Assembly: GCA_963726195.1 (NCBI GenBank)
Contig: CAVSBO010000003.1
Span: 768,001 to 832,000, forward strand
DNA from: Candidatus Thorarchaeota archaeon
GTDB lineage: Archaea > Asgardarchaeota > Thorarchaeia > Thorarchaeales > Thorarchaeaceae
Length of the DNA stretch: 64,000 nt
Reading direction: 5' to 3'
Below the pieces are notes generated by a model. That model had not been told where the DNA came from and made no database searches. It saw nothing but the letters and a program-made list of their open reading frames with translations. Numbering within the stretch: the first letter of the stretch is position 1; every line of letters starts with the position of its first letter. Shown piece after piece: positions 41,824-52,670 of the stretch. Made by a program: the position numbers and the translations under genes.

Positions 41824-43062
41824 TCACCTCTTTTGCGGAAGTCTGCGCGCGATGAAGACTGTAAGATCCTCAACGTCAATCTCGCTGCCAGCACGGAATA
41901 GGTTGCTCTCAATCTGCGCTGTGCACAGTGGGCAGGGTGCGACGAGTGTATCGGCTTCGGTAGAGGAAATCGCAGCAACGTTCTCTGCGATTACTGCATC
42001 GGCCACGTCTCTTGCGTGATACCCTACCATTCCTCCACCGCCGCAGCAAGAGTCTGACATACCAGATTCCTCGATTGTGACGCCGGGGATGAGATTCAGA
42101 ATAGCACGTGCCTGCTGTGCTATCTGTCGTGATGTATGTCTTATGAGGTGGCACGGGTCATGAACGGTCACCTTTGCGGGGGTTAACTTGGCTCGGCCCC
42201 TGAATGAGCGTGAGACCTTGTTGAACCCAACCTCCTCAGCAAGGAACTCGATCATGTGATACACTGGCACGCCCCAACCATCACGCGCACTAACATCGGA
42301 CAGATTAGAAGTGCAACCAGCACAAGTCGTGACTATCTTCTTCACACCGAGCGATTTCACCTTGTCCTGCAGACGGCTGGCTAGCAACCTCGCGGTATCG
42401 TCGTCGCCAATCAGTTTCGCAGGAAGACCGCAACAACTCATCTGGTCAAGCAGAGTATAGTTGATTCCGAAGTAGCTTAGGATATACTTGGCAGCTTCCT
42501 TTACTTCCTGAGCTCGTTCCTCAGCTTGGCATCCAGGATAGAACAGCACATCTGCCCCAGCCGCTACATGATCGGGGACAGAAGGCAATCCTAGTGTCTC
42601 AAGCCGGGCCTTGCGGCTTTCGGACTTCTCTTGCTGGTCTTCCCAAGGTTCGAAAGCGAGTGAATATTTGACAATTATCTCACGCACATCAAGCAGCGCC
42701 TTCGGAACCAGCTCTGGTCGCTGTGCGAGGATCCTCGCACGAATCAGACTGACTACTTCGGGTATGTTCACCTTTTTCGGGCACACTTCCCGGCAAGTAC
42801 CGCAGCCAGTGCACAGGTATACTTTGTCAGCAGTCGCCCAGAACTCAGGGGGTGAGCGGCTCAGTTCCATTGCGATGCTTCTTGGACCACTGAACCTTTC
42901 GACACCGACCGCCTTCACGACTGGGCAATGGCCTATGCATATACCACAGTTGATACAGCTCTCAACGGAAAGGACTGCCTGGAGCTCGGTCTTGTTGAAG
43001 GGCTGAATTCGTTCCGTCTTCAGCGTACCCTTAACAAACTGGAAAGCTTCCTCGTCGCTCAT
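41824..43062 (-). CDS. glpC: Anaerobic glycerol-3-phosphate dehydrogenase subunit C-like Fe-S protein
   Basis: CINCGICIGHCP, CTGCGTCREVCP, two CCG domains; follows glpB. Confidence 0.75.
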   Translation of the reverse strand: MSDEEAFQFVKGTLKTERIQPFNKTELQAVLSVESCINCGICIGHCPVVKAVGVERFSGPRSIAMELSRSPPEFWATADKVYLCTGCGTCREVCPKKVNIPEVVSLIRARILAQRPELVPKALLDVREIIVKYSLAFEPWEDQQEKSESRKARLETLGLPSVPDHVAAGADVLFYPGCQAEERAQEVKEAAKYILSYFGINYTLLDQMSCCGLPAKLIGDDDTARLLASRLQDKVKSLGVKKIVTTCAGCTSNLSDVSARDGWGVPVYHMIEFLAEEVGFNKVSRSFRGRAKLTPAKVTVHDPCHLIRHTSRQIAQQARAILNLIPGVTIEESGMSDSCCGGGGMVGYHARDVADAVIAENVAAISSTEADTLVAPCPLCTAQIESNLFRAGSEIDVEDLTVFIARRLPQKR

Positions 43063-44432
43063 GAGAGCACCCCCTTGACATAGTCTGCCGCATTTGTGCC
43101 AGCCGCGTAGCCTGTTGCGAGTGCAACTCCCAGTCCGCTTTTCTCCGCTGGATAGTTGTAGCGAGAGAGAATCGAGCCCGCAGCGAAGACGTTGTCAGCT
43201 ACAGGCTGGCCATCGATGCCCGTCGGTCTAAACTTGCTGTCGAAAGCAACACCGACCCCAAAGAGGGAGTGGCCTTCAGAGCTCAGTGCCAAGATGTTGG
43301 TATAATGTTGAGGCCTCGTGTCTTCGGTCTGGTATGATTCGACATCCACGACAGGCAATCCCATGAGTGTCTCACTGAATCCTTTCTCATCGCCCTTGAG
43401 GCCTCCTCCAATGAACTTGCCCGATGCGAGCACAACCGCCGAGGGGGCTATTTTGAAAGCCCGCCGAGGAGTTTTGATACTAACACTCTCGACATGTCCT
43501 TCATGTCTATCAACAGAGACAGCCTCTTGACCAATGAGCAGACTGCCTCCATCGCTGGTTAAGGCAGCTTCCAAGGCATTCTGCAGTCTGAGTCCGGGCA
43601 CCGACGGCGGAAATGCAAGGAGTTCGAAAACCTTCGCACCGGTCTTGTCTTCAAGCTCCGACTTGTTTGCCCTTGCCCGACGTAGTCCCAAGACAGGAGG
43701 CAAAGCGATATAGTCAGCGCCAGTGCTTTTCACGTGCTCTCTCAACGTCTTTGCCAATTGCACAAAGCTATCTTCTCGATCCATGTACCGAGCAATATCG
43801 AAAGAGGAGATATTCCGGGGCTGCCCAAAAGGTAGCAAGTCTACTGAACAGTTTGCCACTCTTCTAGGCCTGTTCTCTCCCGGGAGCCGGCTGTCTAGGA
43901 AATTCTTGGCAGCAATGGAGGAATTGCAGTCGGGAAGACCACGAAATCCAACGAAAAGCACAATGCTGTCCTTCCAATCATCAGAACCTTCAACGAGCAT
44001 TGTTTCTTGCACTAGAGCTGTTGGCTTGGAGGAGCCCAGAAGTGTCACAGCCTGAATGCTATGTCCAAGGTCTCCGACCAATGCAGACGATGAGCCATTC
44101 AGCTTGCCCTTGAGCCATTCGATAGACTCGCCAACGCGTGCTACCACTCTTCCTGGGTCGCTAGGAAGCCCCTCGTCCGAATAGCCGAGTACAGAATACG
44201 GGTGAAGAGGATAAATTTCCGATACTGCATTTAGCCCCTCGATTGCGTTCGTGAAGGGAGTGCTCGCACCCGGCAGGTAGCCCATGATGTCCAGAGCGCC
44301 AGATGAGATAGCAGTCGCGCCTTGACCCTTGCGGAGCACAACGACTTTCAGACCTGCTTCTGCACCAACCATGCCCGCGACGAGACCTGCCATGCCTCCG
44401 CCGATGACAAGTAGGTCAGCCTTGATATCCAT
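43059..44432 (-). CDS. glpB: Anaerobic glycerol-3-phosphate dehydrogenase subunit B
   Basis: VIGGGMAG, SSGALD, LPPVLG, PPSVPGLRL, LASGKFIGGGL, NVFAAGS, SGLGVALATG. Confidence 0.9.
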   Translation of the reverse strand: MDIKADLLVIGGGMAGLVAGMVGAEAGLKVVVLRKGQGATAISSGALDIMGYLPGASTPFTNAIEGLNAVSEIYPLHPYSVLGYSDEGLPSDPGRVVARVGESIEWLKGKLNGSSSALVGDLGHSIQAVTLLGSSKPTALVQETMLVEGSDDWKDSIVLFVGFRGLPDCNSSIAAKNFLDSRLPGENRPRRVANCSVDLLPFGQPRNISSFDIARYMDREDSFVQLAKTLREHVKSTGADYIALPPVLGLRRARANKSELEDKTGAKVFELLAFPPSVPGLRLQNALEAALTSDGGSLLIGQEAVSVDRHEGHVESVSIKTPRRAFKIAPSAVVLASGKFIGGGLKGDEKGFSETLMGLPVVDVESYQTEDTRPQHYTNILALSSEGHSLFGVGVAFDSKFRPTGIDGQPVADNVFAAGSILSRYNYPAEKSGLGVALATGYAAGTNAADYVKGVLS

Positions 44433-46084
44433 CTAACTCGTCTCCTCCCAAGGCTTTGTCTCGTACCTTGCGTCGGTTCGGTCCAAGTTGGCCACGCAGG
44501 CATAGATTCCTTGCACGACTTCCTCTTGACTCAGCTGTTCGCCTCTCATGGGCGGTCTCTTGCCCTTCCATCGCTCTGCCAAGTAGTCTAGTATTTCCAG
44601 CTGGAATTGCTCTGCAGAGAGTTCAAGCTCATCGGCCAAGATAGCCGCGGCCTTGAACGTGCAGAGAGTGCCTTGGCAAGGTCCGGTACCTAGCCTGACA
44701 CGTCTCCTAAGATCGTTCAGCGTCTGAGGAAACTCCTCACGTATCGCATACCTAATCTCTGCTTCAATAACTGGCTCACAAGCACATATGGTTGAGAGCC
44801 ACTCTGGATGGTCCCGGCTGAGCTCCAACACCTTTCCCAACTCGGTGCCTCTCCTCGCCCTTAGTCTCTCAACTGCATGGCGAGAGATATTGTACTGGGC
44901 TGCCAATGCAAGCACGTCAACGCTTGCCTCGTTCCCGGGCAACGGCTCAGTGTGCGTCGTACACTTGACATCCTTGCCGAGCTTCTTGCAGACCATGTCC
45001 GTGACAGCTTCGGCCATGTGACGACACATCACAAGCTTGCCTCCAGCAAAGCTCAGAAACCCGTCCATGCCTTCCGATGCATGATCAACCACCTGATAGC
45101 CACGAGTCACCTTTCCTTCCGGCATTTTCCACTGAGCCACGAGAGGGCGTGCACCCTCCATGGTTCTGATTATCCGAGCTTCTCTGATCGAAGGCACTAC
45201 CCATTCCATGCTTTTCAGAAGGTACTCTATCTCGTCGTAAGATGCGACCAAGGTGTCCGGGTCTTCCCAAGTATCCAGAGCAGTTGTGCCCAACAGCATT
45301 GTATTCTCATGCGGAAAGAGGTAAATCGTACGCCCATCGACTGCCCTAGCAATAATGCCGACGTTGACGACACGTCTGTCTAGAATCACGTGTGCACCCT
45401 TGTTCAAACGCAATTCGAGATGTGCCCCCAAGAGACCTGCGATTTGTCTGCCCAAGGACCCCCGGCGTTCACAACCACTCGTGCGGCCACAGACTCCTTC
45501 CCGGCGGTAAGCCTATTGAAGAAGTGAACCGCAATCATATTGTTTGCATCTTTCTTTATGTCAGTGACCTCGCAGTAAGTGCGGACGTCTGCGCCGTGTC
45601 TGCGAGCATCTAGTGCTTGGAGCATGCATAGACGAAATGGGTCAATGAAGTACTCCTCGAAATACATTGAAGCAATGAGCTCTGGGTTCAGCTTGGGCTC
45701 AATCTTTAGCGAATCCTCAGGGGTGAGAAACAGAACGGGGGGAACATCTCGACTAGCTGACCGTTTCGAGTACTCTTCGGCGAAACTACCTCCGCTCGAT
45801 AGGTCACTCATTTCGAGCATAGGAGTGAGGATTGGATTCTTCATTATGATGTTCTGGGCTATTCGTTTGAAGTACACTACTTCCTGAGAGCACATGTCAA
45901 CGATATCAGGCTCCTCCATGTACTTCAGACCGGATGATATCATGCCAGCACAGGTTCCAACTGTCGCCGATGCTATGTCGTCACGTTCCAGCATTATGGT
46001 CTTCAGGCCGCGCAGTGCGCAGTCACGGGCAACAGCCGTCCCTGTGCTGCCACCGCCGATGACAATCACATCATACTCATTCAT
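44433..46084 (-). CDS. glpA: Anaerobic glycerol-3-phosphate dehydrogenase subunit A (frameshift near 45450)
   Basis: IGGGSTG..VARDCALRGL, DPFRL, VNAGGPW, KGAH, GARPL, GGKL..CRHMAE, BFD-like CACE...RLGTGPCQG..C. Confidence 0.9.
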
Positions 46085-46304
46085 TGAGGTCTATGCTCCA
46101 GTCAGTGGTTGACAAGGGATTCCCATGTTCCTCAGCTCTTGCACTTCGACAGTAGTACAACAGTATTGTCGCGAATAGAAGCGTTTCGGATAATGGTGTC
46201 TCGGACGAGACAAATCCAGTGAATGAGACTGAGCTGACTGGAGCGCTCACCTAGTGAGGGTGCGCATCATCTTTCTGTTGGCAAGGCGCTTTACATCAAC
46301 GGTG

Positions 46305-47762
46305 TTAGCTTGTGGCCTCGAGCAATCCAGACATCTCAGCCATCAGGATTTTGTTGAAGGTTCCATACCGTTGCTCGTAGACTGCCACGTTCTCAGGAAT
46401 AGGCTCTCTTCGCTCTTCTATGTGAAGCATGTTCTCAATCGCTTCATCATACGAGTTGTAGGCACCAGTTCCTACTGCTGCCAGTACGGCGGCCCCAACG
46501 GCTGTGGAGTCACGACAACGTGGGAGCACAACTGGTTTGTTGGCACAATCAGCCTGAATTTGCCGCCACAGGGGGGAATTCGCTCCACCTCCATCAATTC
46601 GTAGTTCCTCGAACTCCAAGTCAAGCAAACCCTGCATTGCGTCAATGTAGAACTTGATCCCATAGCCGTTCGACTCCATGATTGCTCGGGCCAAGTGGGC
46701 CTTTGTATGACTGAAGTTAAGGCCGTCAATGATACCCCTGCCGTACGCAAAGAACGGGAAGACAACGACACCATCGCTGCCAGCTGGCACTGTCCGTGCA
46801 GAATCCTCAATGACCTCGTACAGGTCTCTGTTTGTCTGGGCCGCGATTGCCGTCTCGTGCTCGCAATACTGATCTATGTACCACTTGTAAGCCAGACCGG
46901 TTCCTGGAAGAACTCCCTCTAGAATCCACTTTCCGGGTATTGCGGCAGGATTGCTGAACATCACATAGGGATCATCGATGTGACCGTCCGTAGGAGTGAC
47001 GACGAATGTACCAGTTCCTGTCGTCGCCTTGACAATGCCCGATTTGATGGTTCCAGTTCCAAGTGCTGAACACTGTTGGTCGCCGCTCCCCATGACGACT
47101 ATCGTCCCCTTTCTCAAACCAGTCGCCTTGGCAGCCTCGACGCTCACCTCGCCGATAACCGAGCCGGGGGCCACGATATCCGTAAGCTTGTCCATTGGAA
47201 TCCCAGTGGTTTGACACAACTCTTGGGACCACTTGAGCGTCTCATAATCAATTGGCCCGTACCTAGCACCTGCAGGATCAGTGACCATGGCTCCGCACAG
47301 TCGGTAGTTCAGAAAAGCGTCTAGGGCCACGAACTTGTAGGCCTTCTTGAAGAGATCCGGCTTGTTCTCAATGAACCACATCAGCTTGTGTACCGTCTTT
47401 TGAGGACCGATTTCCGCTGCCATCGCTTTGCTCTTCGCAGTAGACCTGTTGTCAACCCATGTCACCGTTGGAGCAAGAGGGAGTCCCTTCCTGTCAATGG
47501 GAGTTATGCAGTCTCTGGTCGTTGCTAACACAACGGCTACGACAGCTTGTGCGCCTGAGGGATGACCAGCCAATGCTCTTTGCATCGTGTTTACTGCAGT
47601 CCTCCAGTAGGTCTCAGCTAGCTGTTCGTGCGTTTTCAGCTCGCGAGGAATCGGGGGATATTGCTCGTAGGCCTTGCTCAATTCTCGACCTTCCTCGTCA
47701 ATAAGACACGATCTCGCACCGGTTGTACCCACATCAAATACTGCAAAGACGCGTTGGCTCAT
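46305..47762 (-). CDS. FGGY-family carbohydrate kinase (glycerol/xylulose kinase-like)
   Basis: DVGTTGAR, W.DNR, GSGDQQ, TGTG, DGGGA.SPLWRQIQAD, GAAVLAAVG.G. Confidence 0.92.
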   Translation of the reverse strand: MSQRVFAVFDVGTTGARSCLIDEEGRELSKAYEQYPPIPRELKTHEQLAETYWRTAVNTMQRALAGHPSGAQAVVAVVLATTRDCITPIDRKGLPLAPTVTWVDNRSTAKSKAMAAEIGPQKTVHKLMWFIENKPDLFKKAYKFVALDAFLNYRLCGAMVTDPAGARYGPIDYETLKWSQELCQTTGIPMDKLTDIVAPGSVIGEVSVEAAKATGLRKGTIVVMGSGDQQCSALGTGTIKSGIVKATTGTGTFVVTPTDGHIDDPYVMFSNPAAIPGKWILEGVLPGTGLAYKWYIDQYCEHETAIAAQTNRDLYEVIEDSARTVPAGSDGVVVFPFFAYGRGIIDGLNFSHTKAHLARAIMESNGYGIKFYIDAMQGLLDLEFEELRIDGGGANSPLWRQIQADCANKPVVLPRCRDSTAVGAAVLAAVGTGAYNSYDEAIENMLHIEERREPIPENVAVYEQRYGTFNKILMAEMSGLLEATS

Positions 47763-47869
47763 GGCTCTCACTATTCAATATTGATGTTCTAGGAGAGGTC
47801 AAATCCACGATATGAACTATCCGACGGAGAAAGTTATCTGTTCAATGCATCTGACTCAAACTACACAGA

Positions 47870-48805
47870 ATGTCAGAAGACTATCCTGTCCATATAGAGA
47901 TCCAGCCTCACGTTCATCTGATTCGAGGAGCAAACAGAGCCAAATTCCCTGAGGCAAACGCGCTCTTGATAGACGATGAGGTTCTCACTTTGGTTGATGC
48001 TGGGCCAAGCAAGAGCCACGTTGTGAAGACGCTGACAGACATTGGTCGTTCTGTGAAGGATTTGGACCGCATAGTGCTGACGCATTTTCACATAGACCAC
48101 AAAGGGTATGCGGCCGAGCTCCAAGAGGAGTCGGGATGCGAATTGATGTGCCACCCGCTGGCTGAAAGGGGAGTTCGCACGTTCGGAGGAATGGTTCAGG
48201 ACTACGGAATCAAGGGTAACCCCATGTATTCGGATTGGATATCCGCCATAACCACTTGGCTACCACACGTGACCTCAGATTATGAGGTTACAGGATTCTT
48301 CTCGGACGACAAGCCAATAGACTGTGGAGAGACTCAACTGATACCCGTGCACACGCCCGGGCATACTCCTGACCACACTTGCTTTGGGATAAATGATTAC
48401 GAGACTCTGTTGGTAGTGGACATTGATTTGACAAGGTTCGGCCCGTGGTACGGCAATGTCGTAAGTGACATCGAACAGTTTGAATCTTCTATCAGGAAGA
48501 TAATGGAGATATCGCCAAGAACGTGCATAAGCAGTCACTTGTTGAACCCAGTAACGGAGGACGTTCAGGGAAGGTTAGCGGAGTTTCTAGCGGCCTTCGA
48601 AAGGCGTGATGAGATAATACTGGAGCTAGTAGACAGCGGTCTTGATAGCTTGGAAAAGCTCGTGAACCGCCCAACCATATACCCCAAGTTTCCTCACCCC
48701 ATCTACTATATCTTCGAGGAGTTCATGGTCCAAAAGCATCTTGACAGGCTCGTGAAACGGGGTCTCATTACGATCGAAGACGACAAGATAGTGCGCAATA
48801 GGTAG
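47870..48805 (+). CDS. Metallo-beta-lactamase-fold hydrolase with C-terminal wHTH
   Basis: LVDAG, THFHIDH, HTPGHTPDH, DIDL, SSH. Confidence 0.9.
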   Translation: MSEDYPVHIEIQPHVHLIRGANRAKFPEANALLIDDEVLTLVDAGPSKSHVVKTLTDIGRSVKDLDRIVLTHFHIDHKGYAAELQEESGCELMCHPLAERGVRTFGGMVQDYGIKGNPMYSDWISAITTWLPHVTSDYEVTGFFSDDKPIDCGETQLIPVHTPGHTPDHTCFGINDYETLLVVDIDLTRFGPWYGNVVSDIEQFESSIRKIMEISPRTCISSHLLNPVTEDVQGRLAEFLAAFERRDEIILELVDSGLDSLEKLVNRPTIYPKFPHPIYYIFEEFMVQKHLDRLVKRGLITIEDDKIVRNR

Positions 48806-48832
48806 AGGCGAGAGAGAATCTCGCCTTGGTTT

Positions 48833-49621
48833 CTACCTATGAGAAAACTTTGGAGTACGTTTGGATAGAAACGCGTCCACTCCTTCGACCTTGTCCTTGG
48901 TGTCAAAGGTCTGTCTGAACACATCGACCTCAAACTTCAGATTCTGCCCAAGTGGTAACTCCCATGACTTGTTTATTGACTGCTTTGCAAGCTTCACTGC
49001 AACTCCGGGTTTTGTTGCCAGAGTCTTTGCCAGTTTGAGAGTCTCAGTCCTAAGAGATTCGACTGTGTCGAAGACCTTGTTCACAAGTCCTATCCTTAGA
49101 GCCTCATCGGCCTTTATTTGATCACCAGTGAGTATCATTTCCTTGGCAATCCCAAGTCCCACGAGTCTCGGGAGCCGAGCAGTTCCTCCGTAGCCGGGTG
49201 TGATTCCAAGATTTATCTCAGGTTGGCCAAATTTCGCATTCGCCGAGGCGTACCTGATATCGCATGCCATCGCTATCTCACAACCTCCACCCAGTGCGAA
49301 TCCATTCACTGATGCAATGACAGGCTTACTCATTGATTCGATGAACTTGCAGAGGTCCTGACCGTTCTCTACGAGCGGTCTCACGGTGTCCGAGTTCTTG
49401 TCCTTGAACTCGGTGATGTCCGCACCGGCAGCAAAGGCCTTGTCCTCAGCACTCGTGAGGATGACGACTCTAACAGACGGATCATTTTCGGCCTTGAAGA
49501 AGAGGCCCCTTATTGCCTTGATCACATCCATGTTCAGCGCGTTAAGCTTCTTTGGGCGATTGATCGTTATTGTCGCAACGCCCTCAGCTACTTGGTATAG
49601 AACTTCTTGTTCGGATGACAT
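48833..49621 (-). CDS. Enoyl-CoA hydratase/crotonase
   Basis: NRPKKLNAL, AFAAGADI, GFALGGGCE, FGQPEINLG..PG.GGT.RL. Confidence 0.93.
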   Translation of the reverse strand: MSSEQEVLYQVAEGVATITINRPKKLNALNMDVIKAIRGLFFKAENDPSVRVVILTSAEDKAFAAGADITEFKDKNSDTVRPLVENGQDLCKFIESMSKPVIASVNGFALGGGCEIAMACDIRYASANAKFGQPEINLGITPGYGGTARLPRLVGLGIAKEMILTGDQIKADEALRIGLVNKVFDTVESLRTETLKLAKTLATKPGVAVKLAKQSINKSWELPLGQNLKFEVDVFRQTFDTKDKVEGVDAFLSKRTPKFSHR

Positions 49622-49751
49622 GTTGCTCGCCTTCCTAGTGAGCTATGTCAGGCCAGATACTCCGTATTAAGGGTTCGGCCTAGAAGAAACTGAAAGACTA
49701 AAGATGATAAGAGAGTTGACAGAAAAACAGGGAAAATCATGCAAAAGGAAG

Positions 49752-49774
49752 GGGTCGCCGATACTCGACGACCC
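49752..49774 (-). terminator. Stem-loop followed by pyrimidine tract after OB-fold gene
   Basis: GGGTCG...CGACCC, then CTTCCTTTT on the minus strand. Confidence 0.45.
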
Positions 49775-49798
49775 TCCACTGTCTTACACTGTCACATG

Positions 49799-50215
49799 CT
49801 AGACTTGCCACTTGTAGGTGACCATCTTCTCTGAGACTTTCTCGAAGCTGAGCTTGAGTTTCATCCCAACCTGAGGCTCGCTCGTCAAGTTGGTGATATG
49901 TGCAGTGAGCCTTCGACCGGACGGAAATTCCCCAATCGCCACGACATACGGCGCGCGAGAGGCCATGCTCTCCGGAGCAAAGTCAACTATAACGTAAGAA
50001 TAGAGCTTCGCTTCGCGCTCAGTGAATTCGACCAGCTGACATTCAGTAAGGTCCTTCTGACAATATTGCCTTGGCGGAAGGTATTCCTTCTTGCATTTGG
50101 GGCAGACGCTCTTCATCAGCTTGTTCTTCTCGAGAGACTCAAGAAATTGCCTGAAGAAGGGGGTCACTGCCTTGTCCGTTGAATAACCCAAGTAGAGTTC
50201 TCTTTCAGCTGCCAT
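49799..50215 (-). CDS. DUF35/ChsH2-like Zn-ribbon + OB-fold acyl-CoA-binding protein
   Basis: CPKC..YLPPR..C, LYSY, PYVVAI; start overlaps the thiolase stop (TAATG). Confidence 0.9.
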   Translation of the reverse strand: MAAERELYLGYSTDKAVTPFFRQFLESLEKNKLMKSVCPKCKKEYLPPRQYCQKDLTECQLVEFTEREAKLYSYVIVDFAPESMASRAPYVVAIGEFPSGRRLTAHITNLTSEPQVGMKLKLSFEKVSEKMVTYKWQV

Positions 50216-51384
50216 TACGACCAACCCCTCTCGTAGATGATTACATTCACGAACTGTCCGCTCTGGCCCACATTGTGTACAAGGCCGTACTTGACATTCT
50301 TAATCTGCCTTGATGGCTTGTCGGCCTTTCCCCTCATCTGAGCCATGACTTCGTAGGTCATTGAGATTCCTGTGGCACCCAGAGGATGGCCTTTGCTCTT
50401 GAGACCTCCATCACAGTTGACAGGAATTCTTCCCGTGTGGTACACATCCTTGTTCTCGATGAGCTGTCTTCCCTTACCAGGTTCCGCGAATCCCAGATCC
50501 TCGTAGGCTATCAGCTCTGCAATCGAGAAGCAGTCGTGCACCTCTGCCATGTTGATGTCCTTTGGTTGGAGACCGGCCATCTTGTATGCAGCGGCTGCCG
50601 CCCTCTTTGCTCCTGGTATGGAGGTCATGGTCGGACGATCTTGAACCATCATGTCTGAGGCGCCAGCTCCCATGCCTTTGATCCACATGGGCTGATCAGT
50701 GAATTCCTTGACACGTGGTTCAGCTACAAGCACGACTGCGGCCGATCCATCTGTGATGAGGCTGCAGTCATACAGATTCAATGGTCTTGCAATTGGAACT
50801 GCATTATTAGCTTCCTCGAGTGTTACTTCCTTGGGCAGGTGAGCCTTCGGATTCTGTGCACCATAATGATGAGACTTCACGGAGATCATGGAAAGCACTT
50901 CATGTGGCATCTTGTACTCAGCCATGTACCGTGAAGCTAGCAGCGCATAGAATGCAGGGAAAGATATACCATAAGGATACTCCCACCGCATGTCTCCCGC
51001 GCGCGACATGTACTCAGTCGCCGTCGCAGAAGACACCCTGTTCATCTGCTCACAACCGAGTACTAGCATCACATCGTACAGCCCTGAGGCAACCATTCCG
51101 TATGCGGCCCTGATAGAGGCTGTGCCCGTTGCACATGCAGACTCGACTCTCAGGTGAGGCTTCTCTTGCAGACCTATGGAGTCTGCCATCAGAGCAGATC
51201 CAGCACCTTGACCCGTGAACTGTGACGCAGCATAAGAGAGGACTGTCGCATCAATGCGGTCCTGAGTGATACCCGCATCATAGATGGGCTTGTAGGCCTC
51301 GGCGCAGAGCTCTCTCAATGTTGCATCATAGCGTTTCCCGAATTTTGAGTGGCCCCCGGCCACTACTGCAACTCTTCTAGTCAT
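50215..51384 (-). CDS. Thiolase (SCP-x/archaeal type acetyl-CoA C-acyltransferase)
   Basis: ESACATG, NPKAH, DCSLITDG, EVHDCF, GGLKSKGHPLGATG. Confidence 0.93.
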   Translation of the reverse strand: MTRRVAVVAGGHSKFGKRYDATLRELCAEAYKPIYDAGITQDRIDATVLSYAASQFTGQGAGSALMADSIGLQEKPHLRVESACATGTASIRAAYGMVASGLYDVMLVLGCEQMNRVSSATATEYMSRAGDMRWEYPYGISFPAFYALLASRYMAEYKMPHEVLSMISVKSHHYGAQNPKAHLPKEVTLEEANNAVPIARPLNLYDCSLITDGSAAVVLVAEPRVKEFTDQPMWIKGMGAGASDMMVQDRPTMTSIPGAKRAAAAAYKMAGLQPKDINMAEVHDCFSIAELIAYEDLGFAEPGKGRQLIENKDVYHTGRIPVNCDGGLKSKGHPLGATGISMTYEVMAQMRGKADKPSRQIKNVKYGLVHNVGQSGQFVNVIIYERGWS

Positions 51385-51638
51385 TTCTTGTCCTCCGTAG
51401 GATTACCCTACTAGGTAACAGCAAACGTAGTGTGAGACGCTTGGCCTGAGTTGAAAATCCCGTTCACCTAGTCTTAAGGTTGACGATTCACCAGACCGCA
51501 TATGACCGCTTTCGATTGCAGATGCGACTGTGTACTCACAGAACAATCGTGAGAATAGTCAAGTGAGAAACGAGAGCCGTGATTTGCGGCAATTATGAAA
51601 CGTCGGACGCCACATTGTGGCACAGAAAAAGAACGGAG

Positions 51639-51661
51639 GACCCCGGACTGGGACCGGGGTC
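51639..51661 (-). terminator. GC-rich stem-loop followed by U-rich tract
   Basis: GACCCCGG-N7-CCGGGGTC, then CTCCGTTCTTTTTCT on the minus strand, 15 bp after the stop at 51677. Confidence 0.6.
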
Positions 51662-51676
51662 ATGGTACACTAAGGT

Positions 51677-52501
51677 TTATGCTCCTGTGAACTTGCCACG
51701 CCGCTTTTCAAATACGGCAGCGACGCCTTCGCCGAGGTCCTTTGTCTTGAAGCACTCCACACATGCGTCGACTTCGTACTTCAAGTTGGCAGCATAGGTT
51801 CCTTCAAAGGCCATGTGAGTGGCCTTCTTGCCGAGCCTCATTCCGACAGGAGCGTTCCCTCCGAACTTGGCTCCGTACCACATAGCTTGGCTCATCAGCT
51901 CATCTACTTTGGTTACCTTGCTGAGGAGACCGGCTGCAAGAGCCTCTTGGGCAGTAAGCTGGCCTCCTGTCAGGATTAGTTCCATAGCCTTGCCCAAGCC
52001 GATTATTCTGGGCATCCTCACACACCCGCCCCAAGCCGGAAAGAGTCCGAGGCCAACCTCGGGCGTGCCAATCTTGGCTTCCTCGTCTGCAATACGGACA
52101 TCGCAAGCAAGCGCGATCTCCGTTCCACCACCAAGACAGAGTCCATGGATGGCTGCGATAACCGGCTTACTCAGCGTCGCAATCCTGTCAATGGCCTTCT
52201 GGCCCTGCTCTACGAGTGTTCTCACCTTCTCAGGTGTAGGAAGGTAGGACTGAACAATCTTAAGGTCGGCACCTGTGCAATACGCCTTATCGTGAGCAGT
52301 GCCTAATACCACTGACCTCACGTCCTTGTCCTTCTCAGCCTCGTCAAGAGCTGCCATCAGGTCTGCGATGAACTGATCATTGATAGCATTCAAGGCATCG
52401 AGCCTGTTGAACTTGATAACGGCCACGTTCTTCACCGGAGAGAGGAACGAGCCCTCTTTGCTGTACAGCATTGTCTTGAATTCGGGCATTCTTTCGACCA
52501 C
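51677..52501 (-). CDS. Enoyl-CoA hydratase/isomerase
   Basis: NRLDALNA, YCTGADL, GLCLGGGTE, GTPEVGLG..P.WGG. Confidence 0.92.
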   Translation of the reverse strand: MVERMPEFKTMLYSKEGSFLSPVKNVAVIKFNRLDALNAINDQFIADLMAALDEAEKDKDVRSVVLGTAHDKAYCTGADLKIVQSYLPTPEKVRTLVEQGQKAIDRIATLSKPVIAAIHGLCLGGGTEIALACDVRIADEEAKIGTPEVGLGLFPAWGGCVRMPRIIGLGKAMELILTGGQLTAQEALAAGLLSKVTKVDELMSQAMWYGAKFGGNAPVGMRLGKKATHMAFEGTYAANLKYEVDACVECFKTKDLGEGVAAVFEKRRGKFTGA

Positions 52502-52635
52502 CTAAGTGGAATTGTGCTGACCAAAGAAAAGCCACCTTATAAACACAAAGCCAGTCGTCGAAGTGGCCGCGACAAAACGGATTGAAATGGAATCTGCAGT
52601 CAGAAAAGACAGCCGAAATATCAGAAAGAGAATGA

Positions 52636-52657
52636 TGGCAGAGTTGCTGCTCTGCCA
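52636..52657 (-). terminator. Stem-loop after 3-hydroxyacyl-CoA dehydrogenase
   Basis: TGGCAGAG-N6-CTCTGCCA, followed by TCATTCTCTTTCT on the minus strand. Confidence 0.5.
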
Positions 52658-52670
52658 CCTTGTGTTGCAT

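Noticed and set aside
41817-41978. N-terminal extension of the AGPS-like ORF
   Set aside because: Overlaps the glpC 3' end; a GAGGTGA RBS points to TTG at 41816/41813
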